From: an uncultured Gammaproteobacteria bacterium
GTDB lineage: Bacteria; Patescibacteriota; Patescibacteriia; Magasanikbacterales; GWA2-37-8
DNA length: 64,000 bases
Direction: 5' to 3'
Assembly (NCBI GenBank): GCA_964634875.1
Contig: CAZWKA010000007.1
Coordinates: 1,649-65,648, forward strand
Positions within the stretch are counted from its first letter, which is position 1. Every line of letters begins with the position of its first letter. The notes beneath the pieces are model-generated. The model ran no database searches, was not told the origin of the DNA, and was given only the letters and a program-made list of their open reading frames with translations. Shown here in pieces: positions 8,532 to 18,600 of this stretch. The translations under genes and the position numbers were made by a program.

Positions 8532-11342
8532 TTAAAGTTCGATCCTTCTTCCTTGTGGGTCTACATAATGGTCTGTGCCACCCTTTTGAGCATAAATTTC
8601 TTTTAACTTCGTACGCTTGAACAGTGTTTCAAGGCCAGCAGGATCTTTTGCTTTTGCAAGCATCTTAGAGAGCAGGCTCTCAATCTTGTCCTTTGCCATA
8701 TTAGCAAACGCATCGTTGAAATCCTCAATGTTTGTCTTATCGATAGAACTAACAATGTTAGCCGTTACATTACCAAACATGTTGGCAATACGATCTTGGG
8801 CGGCATCGCTCGAAATACTAATCTTTACCTGTCCATTAACTACCGCATTATCGACTGAGCCTCCAAAGCCCTGGATCTTAGTAGCTTTGGACTGCGCGAC
8901 AGACCATTCACGTTTACCACCGTGCCACTTGGCGTCACCGTTAACATCACTCATATCCGCAGCGTGGAAATTGCTTTCTCCGGTCTTAACATTAAAATCT
9001 TCTTTAAATAAGCCAGCCTTATTGACCGCACCATCATCAGCAGAAAAAGCTAAACCGGCAGTGAAGCTCTGCATGAAGCTGCCAAAATTCTTACCAAGAT
9101 TTTGCCTTAATTCTTCTAAGGCTGCATCAATTTCTGGCTTACTTTTACCTACCTGTCGCTGCAAAATAGAGGCAAGCTCATTTGCCTGATGCGCCGCAAC
9201 GTCATCAGCATCAGCGTCATGCTTCAGCGAGTTGCCTGACGCGTCAATCAGGGCAGTAAGTGTACCGTTATCGCCGAACATTGACCCGCGAGAACCGTTA
9301 AACGCCTGGAGCGAGGCCATGTCGGTAATTAAATTTTTAAGCTTACCTTGTTCTTTTTCAAAATTCGTATCACTTGGCGACAAGCCCGCAACAGCCGTCC
9401 GTTGGGCACGAATTTGATCACGTAAAAAGGCTACCTTCTGCATGGTACGATCAAAGTCAGAACTACCCGCCAAATCAATATCCTCTTTGGTATGTTTGGC
9501 AAGCACCTGTTCCTTGTAACGCGGGGTTTGATTGTTATCAGTAAGGTTCTTGTCTTTCGCCTCGGCAACCTGTAACTCTTCAGCACGGTCAAGTTTCTTT
9601 TTGATTTCCTCGGCATTCGCTTGGGCGGTAATAGCGGTATGCTCAAAATCCATGAAGGCCGCATCTTTCTTTTCGATCATCTCTGCTTCCTTTTTGGCAT
9701 ATTTTTCATCTTTTTTCTTTTCAGCCATTTTCTCAACAGCATGCTTTAGCACGCCGCTGCGAAGTTTTGCCCGACCACCGAGTAATTTGCTCGTACCAAA
9801 TGTTTCTTCTTCAATTTTTTCGTAATTTTCAGCTGTATCCTGCCAGTCTTCAACCTTTTTGGCTTTGCGGCGACTGCTTTCACCAATTAAAGGAATTTTC
9901 TTGAATGCAAAAGCAGCAACAGATGCTCCAACCCCAGCCAGACCCTTTTTACCGCGAGCCCAATCCTCTGCTCCTTTAGACCAATCACTGCGTTTTTTAC
10001 CCAAAGCTGCCCAACCGGCACGAGAGATACTAGCAATATTCTTACCCATATTAACCCAATTCTCACCACCAATGACCGGGGCTTTCATGGCCGCAAATTT
10101 TGCGGCTGCAGTTCCAGCATCAACCGCATGTCCACCAGCCCAGCGAGCTGCATTGATGCCGCTGGCGTATTTACCAACAGTCTTGCCAAAGTCGATCGCA
10201 CCACCAACCGCCGACGCCCCTGCTCCACCTAGTTCTTCGGCAGCTTTGGCACCAACCATGAGCATACCGATCGCAATGGCAAAACTGGCCATCTTTGGCC
10301 AGGACATAATGGCTGAAATACCGGCAGCCTGTACGGCAGAACCAATACCATCAGTACCAGCTGAGCCCTCCAGGCGATTCGGTGCCGTGGAATTATCGGA
10401 AATATCTTGGCTTATATTCCCATTACCCAAGGTTACAAATGACAACCAAACAAAAAATAATAAAACTGGCCCCGTAATGACGTTAGCCGTAAACTCACTC
10501 CACCACTTACCGGCGTATGATTCCGTTTGCGGCAAGATACTGAGCACAAAGGCCAAAGGCGATAACACAATCAAGACCCACAAGACAACCATGCGGGCGA
10601 GCAGCATATACAGAAAAACGAACATGACACCCATAACCATGGCAGCAAAGGTAACACCACCAACAGCGGCAATGAATTGCTCGGTAGCCGTAAACTTTGT
10701 CGGCGAAGTTCCCGCGGATAATTCCAATATCTGATTTAATTGGAAGGCGTTGATAAGGTTACCACCAGCAGTAGCAGCAATACCGTTGACGAAGGTGGTC
10801 ATGACAACCTGAGCAACATCAATGATCAAACCGCAGATAGTACGGCTAAAGTTGACCAAGATAGCGGCAAAAATAAATTTGCCAAGCAGTTTTTTCCATT
10901 CGTACTGTTCAAGACCAAGGATCGTTCCAAAAGCAATAATGAGTAAAATAACGACAAAAACCATGTTGGTAATATCACGAACCATTACCCAACCAACATT
11001 TACAGCTGCCGAATCGAGATAGCCATTATAGCCGCCCAAGGTGATAACGAAACTGAGGATAAAAACAGTTAGCCGGATAAATAAACCAGCGATGGCCAAG
11101 ATGATAGTTGCCAAGAGCTCCAACCAGAAAGCAGGCTCGATCAAGCGACCGATATCCGTTGCGGCATAGCTTGGCAGCGCAAGGACAGAACTGATAGCAA
11201 GGCCAACCACCGAACAAATCAAAAAAAGCGCAACAAACTTTCGTCTGTTACGAAGAAACGAACCGACCGTCTGAAGACACATGGAGACGCTCGCGAGCAC
11301 AAGAAAAAGTTCAAGATCAAAACTGAACGTAGTATACCACAT
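8532..11342 (-). CDS. VirB6/TrbL-like polytopic membrane protein with long charged C-terminal tail
   Basis: GWVMVRDITNMVF, AAILVNFSRTICGLIID and RMVVLWVLIVLSPLAF motifs; Gly/Ala-rich region then coiled-coil tail. Start uncertain. Confidence 0.75.
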   Translation of the reverse strand: MWYTTFSFDLELFLVLASVSMCLQTVGSFLRNRRKFVALFLICSVVGLAISSVLALPSYAATDIGRLIEPAFWLELLATIILAIAGLFIRLTVFILSFVITLGGYNGYLDSAAVNVGWVMVRDITNMVFVVILLIIAFGTILGLEQYEWKKLLGKFIFAAILVNFSRTICGLIIDVAQVVMTTFVNGIAATAGGNLINAFQLNQILELSAGTSPTKFTATEQFIAAVGGVTFAAMVMGVMFVFLYMLLARMVVLWVLIVLSPLAFVLSILPQTESYAGKWWSEFTANVITGPVLLFFVWLSFVTLGNGNISQDISDNSTAPNRLEGSAGTDGIGSAVQAAGISAIMSWPKMASFAIAIGMLMVGAKAAEELGGAGASAVGGAIDFGKTVGKYASGINAARWAGGHAVDAGTAAAKFAAMKAPVIGGENWVNMGKNIASISRAGWAALGKKRSDWSKGAEDWARGKKGLAGVGASVAAFAFKKIPLIGESSRRKAKKVEDWQDTAENYEKIEEETFGTSKLLGGRAKLRSGVLKHAVEKMAEKKKDEKYAKKEAEMIEKKDAAFMDFEHTAITAQANAEEIKKKLDRAEELQVAEAKDKNLTDNNQTPRYKEQVLAKHTKEDIDLAGSSDFDRTMQKVAFLRDQIRAQRTAVAGLSPSDTNFEKEQGKLKNLITDMASLQAFNGSRGSMFGDNGTLTALIDASGNSLKHDADADDVAAHQANELASILQRQVGKSKPEIDAALEELRQNLGKNFGSFMQSFTAGLAFSADDGAVNKAGLFKEDFNVKTGESNFHAADMSDVNGDAKWHGGKREWSVAQSKATKIQGFGGSVDNAVVNGQVKISISSDAAQDRIANMFGNVTANIVSSIDKTNIEDFNDAFANMAKDKIESLLSKMLAKAKDPAGLETLFKRTKLKEIYAQKGGTDHYVDPQGRRIEL

Positions 11343-11478
11343 TTTTTGGGGATCAACAATCGATGGGGATAACGGAACAAACTATTTTAGCTTACGTGAC
11401 TATCAACTATTTTTTTATAATTACGATTCGTTGTAGTCTGGTTTGCTTATCCTGCTCCACCTCCTTACCACTAGCTTT

Positions 11479-11557
11479 TCATTCCCGCGCAGGCGGGAAG
11501 TCCAGTGCACGTAGCACATGTCTTGCCTTTTGGATTACTGCCTACACGGGAATGGCA
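11479..11557. repeat. Degenerate GTCATTCCCGC...GGGAATGAC-type palindromic element
   Basis: TCATTCCCGCGCAGGCGGGAAGTCCA ... TGGATTACTGCCTACACGGGAATGGCA. Confidence 0.65.
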
Positions 11558-11666
11558 TCTAAAGGCAGGCAGCAGGCTCACCGTCTCACGAATTATCCAC
11601 AGCTGATTATTGCTAACATAAGGTAAACTATGTCAGTATGGCCACAGTGAAGCACTTGACTTTTTT

Positions 11667-11825
11667 TTCAAAATTACGACGATTTAAGCTATAGTAATAC
11701 GTTTTGTTCATTACAACTACCTAACCAACCTTTTAACGCGGTTGTTTAGCGCTACAATCACCAAGCTTAGCTCCACTTCTAGGGTTGCGCCAACTATCGA
11801 ATATATAGCTGGCGCAACCCTAGAA
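11667..11825 (+). promoter_or_regulatory. Promoter TTCAAA-17-TATAGT, boxA-like TGTTCATTACAAC, and 16-bp perfect leader stem
   Basis: -10 at 11690-11695; motif at 11705-11717; TTCTAGGGTTGCGCCA pairs with TGGCGCAACCCTAGAA (11777-11825). Confidence 0.55.
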
Positions 11826-11898
11826 AGGAGCTTTTCCGTGAAACGCTGAGGTGCATGCCGCGCCTCAGCAAGTTACCGGCCTCGGAAGGAGCATGACC

Positions 11899-12459
11899 AT
11901 GAGCACGAAGAAGGAGTCTCTGTGCAAGCCGACCCCCCACAACCACCTCACGCTCGCGGCCCTCATCGCCGCACTCACCCTCAGCAGCGCCTGCGGCGGA
12001 GCCGTGGGGAAGGACGACCTGAACTCGGCCACGGCCAACACGCAGACCTCGATCGCCGACGTCGCCAAGGAGTGCGCCGACTCGAAGAAGGCGAGCGAGG
12101 AGACGAAGAAGGCCTGCGACGACCAGATCAAGAGCTGCGAGGACACGAAGCGGGTCTGCGAGATGCCGACCCCCAGCGCCATGACGACGGCGCGCTGCCA
12201 GGCGCTGATGCCGGCAGCCAACCGCACGTTCACCAAGTGTGGCGCCAAGATGGAGAGCGGCAAGCTGTGGCTCGACGTGGCCAACAAGTCGAACCCCGCC
12301 CTCAAGGACGTGGACTGCGTGGTCAACCTGACCGGCATCCTCGGGGAGGGCACGATCCCCATCAACAACCTCCACGTGACGCAGTGGAGCGACGCGGGCG
12401 ACCTGATCCTCAAGTTCTGGATCGATCACCCGCTCGGACGGACGATCTGCGAGCCCTAG
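11899..12459 (+). CDS. High-GC Cys-rich lipoprotein
   Basis: AAGGAG-7nt-ATG; signal peptide LTLAALIAALTLSSAC with lipobox-like Cys; third codon positions nearly all G/C. Confidence 0.8.
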   Translation: MSTKKESLCKPTPHNHLTLAALIAALTLSSACGGAVGKDDLNSATANTQTSIADVAKECADSKKASEETKKACDDQIKSCEDTKRVCEMPTPSAMTTARCQALMPAANRTFTKCGAKMESGKLWLDVANKSNPALKDVDCVVNLTGILGEGTIPINNLHVTQWSDAGDLILKFWIDHPLGRTICEP

Positions 12460-12555
12460 CTCGCCTACCCGCTGGCTCGCCTTCACCCCACCCCGGGGAT
12501 CGAAGGCGAGCCAACGGAGATTTCAAAAATTTACAACATACTTTATATATTTTTG

Positions 12556-12596
12556 AAAAAACAAAACCCTCTATAAAATAGAGGGTTTTGTTTTTT
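12556..12596. terminator. Bidirectional intrinsic terminator
   Basis: AAAAAACAAAACCCTCTATAAAATAGAGGGTTTTGTTTTTT between convergent genes. Confidence 0.8.
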
Positions 12597-12618
12597 ACTT
12601 ATACCTCTTCAAGACATT

Positions 12619-15600
12619 TTACTCTGCAGGAGCAGCAATGATAATTTTATTGGCAAAAGGAGTAAAGGCAAAATCATCTACCGCCGCACTACACTCTTTA
12701 ACACCGTTAGATCGAGGATCATTGTAGCACCCTGAAGCACGACCCGCACAATTTCCATTACACCACCCCCAATTATCAACCACCTGTACTTTTGGCACAA
12801 ATTCACAACAGCCATTTGGGAAGTTCGCAGGGCATTGGGCAGCCTCTTTAAAGCCGACACTATCGCGTGAACAGAAGTACACATGATCGAACAAGCGATA
12901 ATTAGCCACACAGGTTTTATCAATAATCCGACCAAAACTTTGGGCTGAGGCCTCTGGAGCACACACTGGCTCAATAACACAATCAGAATTTACTCTACAG
13001 ACAGTCTTAAGGTCGCGTGGAACTACACACTTACCAACCGGAGTCTGAGGATCATTTGGCAAGAGACAGGTTGCACCAGGTTTACCATTAGGCCCACCCG
13101 TGCAATCAGCATTTGTAGTACAAGAGATATCTTGAAGGTCTTTTACGACACAGTGTTTTTCGGCACCAACCGTTTCACATGTTGGCTGCTGATAGCCACG
13201 GTAGTTACGACCAGCTTGTTGGCCTGGCAAGGTGCTTTTACCGTCGCCCCAAAACACATTAACTTCACGGATAGGCATCTGATCGGCGTCCGCGGCAACG
13301 AAAAATTGCAGATCAACTTTGGCGCTTGGGGTGCGGCGGATAATATCTCTTCCTTGTGGTTCATTATCAATAGTCATGCCTGGCTTAGTCTGGTCTTCGA
13401 GACAGTGTCCTTCGGCATTACAAGCACCAACAGGGAACACAACTGGTGGACGAGGTTTTTTCTGCCAATCACCCGTAGCCGTTTTATCATTAAACGCACC
13501 TTTCGTGACCGCAAAAACGTTGCTGGAGTTGAATGTATACAAAGTATTAACCCGCGCAAATAACGAACCAAACGAATTGTTAGAATCAGCTGAGCTTGCC
13601 CCAACCTTTGTAGCATTTTTAACAGTCCCATCAGCCAACACCTGTAAACAACTTGATTTTGGGCCTCCAAGACATGCATATGGCGAACCAGGAACATACG
13701 TCGGCACTGCAGCATTACCTTTTACGATACTTAAAGGATACTTACAATTTTCTAGCCCAAACGATGGGAAACAGGTTGTCTCACTCTCTTTAGGCTCAAA
13801 CGGAGTCATGATAAGCGGCTGATTTTGATTCATGCTAGCTATTCCCAAACTACCAAAAGGTGCAATCGGGGTGGTGTACATATAGCCTAGACCGGCGAAA
13901 CCGAAATCACCATTGTAACTACTTGAAATACTATAGAGCGACTGCTTCCAAAGACGATTAGTCCAAGGGATCGATCGATCATCGGACGAACCTACTGTAT
14001 CGACTTCGGCTATACGAGTACAAATCTGTCGAAGCTTAAAACTCACTTTGTATTTGATAAAGTGGTCATCCCCGGCATCATACGAACCATGATAAAGGGT
14101 TCTGTAACCAAGGAAGGTTCCGTCATTATCAAACGTAAAGAGGATGGCATGCCAATTACCTTCGCCTGCGTGGGTGTCGGCAATAGTAGCGTTGGTGACA
14201 CTAGGGTTCCAAAACCCAAGTTCACCAAGATTTGTGCCTCGATTAGTTATGCCGCTTGGAACAAAAATGTTGCCATTCAACATTCCACAGTCACCCTTTG
14301 GCCCAGTATTTGCACATTCTGCAGAAAAGCTGCCATCATCCCCCATACAAATGTTTCCCTCTTGGCTTACAAACTCTCCATGTGTTCCATCGCGCTTCTT
14401 ACTACCGTACATGTAAATGAATTCGTTCGGCTTGCCCATGTAATGGCCAGTAAGTGCGCGTCCCGGGCCTTGCATATGATCTTTTGTCTGGTAAACAGTC
14501 TGAGGCTGGTCAAGGGGCGTAGCAGCATTTGGCCAAATCTCAAAAATGGCACCATTTGGATCTTCACTGTCCCGAATATCCTGGGTATGGATGATTATTT
14601 TCTCAATATCAGATTTACGCAATTTGCGCTCGTCTGCTGTTGCTTGATAAAAATCACGGTTGGTTGAGCCTACAAAGGTAGCAGCATTCCTAAATGGACT
14701 ATTCCAGTCACACGAGGTACCAGATTGGCCATACATATCCGACTGCTGGATTTTCTTGTTGTCATAAAATTCATAGGTACCAAACAACAAATCTTGGCCA
14801 TAAAAATACCTGCTCGCTGGATACGGCATGGCCGGATCCATTTTATCACCACCGGCATTGTTGGCGTCCAAGCAGTACTCACGACCAGACGCCAACCCCA
14901 AGTCAGCAGGAGATTGGTAACCGGCATCAGGATGCTGCTCGTTAATGTCGTTTGACCCGATAATACTGTCAACAGGGAACCAAGACAAGCAAGGGAAAAC
15001 ACCCTGCGCAGCGTTCACGTTGCGGGAGCTATCCGGTTCCAGACAAAAACCTTTCCAGCCTAAGAGCTGTTCGTTCCGACGTTGTTTTTGGCATGTTCCA
15101 GGCGTCTTGCCGGTCATCTGACAACCTTCATCATCGCTACAAGCTGAACCTTCTTTAAAACCACCCTGACAAATACCTTGGGGGACTTTTAAGTTACTTC
15201 CTGGTACCGCAGCAGCATCAAGCGTATTTGGTTTCTGGTAGTTCCAATACTTAGTGAGCGCACCATCACCGTAGGTAACCTTGGTATAGTTACAATCACA
15301 CGCCCCGGATACACTTGGGTCAGAGGTAAAACCATTGGTTTCACTACAGAACTTGGCATTACTAAACTGAGAAATTGCTTTTCCAATCACCGTCGTATTA
15401 GGGAACGGCGAATCCTTTTCAGGATACAAACGGCAGGCTTCAGCCGGAGACTTCTTAACCACCTCGCCAATCGTGCCATCAGGGTTTTGTAAACAGAGGC
15501 CATTCAAACAAATACCAATTCCGCCTTGACCACAAACCTTATCATTTTCTTTACACGATGCGTCGTTCGGTGCTGCGGCGTCTACACAATTCGTATTACC

Positions 15601-18600
15601 GCATGGTATTCTTCGCACCAAACGGAACAAGGGATTAGCGCTTTGGCCGCTAATATTTACCTGAGCCAGCTCTTCAACTGGGAAGATACCTGGGATAGAC
15701 CAGCCGGTAAAATCCATACCCGCCCAACTTGTATCACGCTGGGTATATAGTTCAGGAGTTAATACCTGGCCAGAATATTCCCCACCACCTTCAACCCAAC
15801 TGGCGCAATTGGTTATATTACTTTCGGCTTGGTTTTCTGGGGCACGATCACAGCGGCCGATATCATCACAGACTATTTTCCATTTACCGGTTTTATCATC
15901 CCAAACACGATGGCTAGAACGGCACTGGAGCCATTCGCCACAGGTACGATCGTGGTCAACTTTAATAATGATATTAGCATCCGCTGGATTAGCAGTAGAG
16001 CCGTCAACCGGTTTGACGAGGGCATCCTGAGACTCCTGGCTGGCAGCATACGTCGCCTTGCTTGACCAGTATTTATTTGGATTATCAGGTTCGTCAAACA
16101 ACGCACAGCCTTTCTTCTGACTCACCGTACCATTACATTCCGCTCCATCAATCTTTTCGTTTTTAATATAATAGTAAGAACGATCATTATCATTGTGATC
16201 AACAAATTGAGTACATTTATCTTGGGCAGCCGGACACTCACCAACAAAGTTTTGATATTTAGCGCCATCACCATACGACCAGAGGCCATAATTATTGCCC
16301 TGCTGGACGTAATCTGCATAACACGGCTGCGCTCCTACACCCTGGCAGGTCGCACCAGTGCCACAATCAGCATTGGCAGAACAGAATTTGCCGCTGTTGT
16401 TGCTACAGATACCAACCCCTTTCCAGAACCAGCCACTAGATTTTACACCCTTTACGTTTACATCAGCCTGGTATGTACAAATCTTCTGACCGGTAACCAG
16501 CGGATCTTTAAAATATGAATCACCCGTTGCACTGCCGAACGCCGAACAACCTACTGCTTCTTTCTGGCAAAGTGTTGTTTCATACGCGGCCGGATCGTTT
16601 TTAACCAAAGCCGTGGTGTATTGGAGACCCGTTGGGGTTGATTTCTGGACACCCGCAAATGTACAACCAAGATCAGCAACATTACAGGAAGCAGCCTGGT
16701 TAGCAACGAGATACACAGGCGTTGTCGCTGGAGTATCAGCTGGTACATAGACGGTTGATTTTACAAAACTGCCTGCTCCGGCAACCTGGATAATCTCACT
16801 GGCCTCATGGCCGCTGATATTGACATAACACCCTGACTGTCCGACAGGAATCTGACACGAAACCGTATCATTGCCAAGTTGGATTTCAACTTTTGTTCCG
16901 CCGGTGCCGACAAGCCAAACATTGAAGGCTTTAGGACCAGCGTCGGCAGGAGTATTTTGGGTATCAAACAAGGCCGTACAACCAATCGCACCTTCACGGC
17001 AAAGGTAGTTAAAACCTGTCAAAGCAAAAGTCTTATTGCTCGGGTCTTTATACTGCATACAACCCAAAGCCTCGCCAGGCAAATTGTCATTCACGTTACT
17101 GTCACAAACCGGATCCACTTTAAGACTGTTCTTAACAAGATAAATATAATCAGTAACCTCGACGAGGCGGATGTTATCGAGATATAATTTGGCGTTGCCC
17201 TGATTTTTGAAAACCAATTGGCCTAGTGTCCCGGCTCCACCATATTCGATCGGCCCCAAGCGATAATAATTCCAGGTATCCCCCACCCCAACTGCACCAA
17301 AATCTTTGGAGTAATTACCCTCGGTCGAAGCCAGGCTGACAGTTAAGGACTGAGCGTCACCCTTTGCCCAGAACGTAAGGTCGTAACTCTTACTCGGGAC
17401 CACATTAATGTCGCGCGTCAGAGCCGCTGCTCCAAGGTAGCCCAAAGAATGCTCGCCAACGCGGGTAGATTCGCTCGAAAGTTGCACGGCAGCTGGTTTC
17501 CACGGGGTCAAAACAGGAGCAGTCGTACCTTCAAAAGTGTCATTAAATACTTCCTTAATATTGTTACCGGCATTCCCTTTATAAGCACGACACGTGTTGG
17601 CCGACGCTTGGCAAGATTTACTGGTGCCCGCTGTATTTTGAACACCATCTGGCAAACCGTAGTAGAAACAAGAACCGTTCTGGTACTCACCACCCTGCAA
17701 ACAGAGTTGACATTGGTTATTGTTCCAAAAACCCTTCTTAGTAGCACACGTAGCCTGATCATATGATGTCGGCAAGAGCTCGCTGTTATTTAAACGGTAC
17801 GGTGTACACGAGTTAGAAACCGGGATGGTTTTGGCGAGTAAACGGTAGTAAACATTACCCTCATCATCGTTAAACTGTCGGCAGTCTGGGTCTGCTTTGC
17901 CGCTCTTATAGAGGGCCTCACTGCACTGGCGGGCATAATTATCGGCATCACTCTCTGTGCGATAAAAATACTTTGGTCCACCTGTCTCATCTTTAACCAA
18001 GGTAAAGACTTTTAATTGGTAACCACCGACCGTAGAACCCTCGTAGGTAATAAAGTTTTTCTGAACATTTACGTCTGGTGTGGCGCAAGGGCGGAGATAT
18101 GAATAATGTTCGACATTTTCTACCTCACCAAGTGTCGTGCTAAGGTTGGTAAAACTGCTGCAACTTTCTTCTTGGGCACTGCAGGAAGAACCAGAAGCAG
18201 GAATTATATATGCAACATCCTGGCCAAGCGAATAATTACTTGGCATTTCGCGATAACTGGCATAGCCGACACATTTTGCATCACATTGGTCATTCCAGAC
18301 AATTTGTTTATCGACCACCTCAGCTGCTTTAAACCGGCCAGGAATTTTGCTGCCGCCCTGGGCTGAAGTGTACCAATTGCAATTTACTTCATCCGCAATA
18401 CAAGCACCGGCATAATTACTACATTGTGCCTTTGGTGTAATCCTGGCGAGATCAGCTGTCGTGTTGGCCCAATCAATTTTTCGGGTACTTGGATCACTGT
18501 CATAACAACCTAAATAGTCCGGAGCTTTTTTGAGATACAGACTGTTCTGATTATTTGTTGCACCAGCGATCTTAAAGGCAGAGCAACCAGCTGAATTAGC

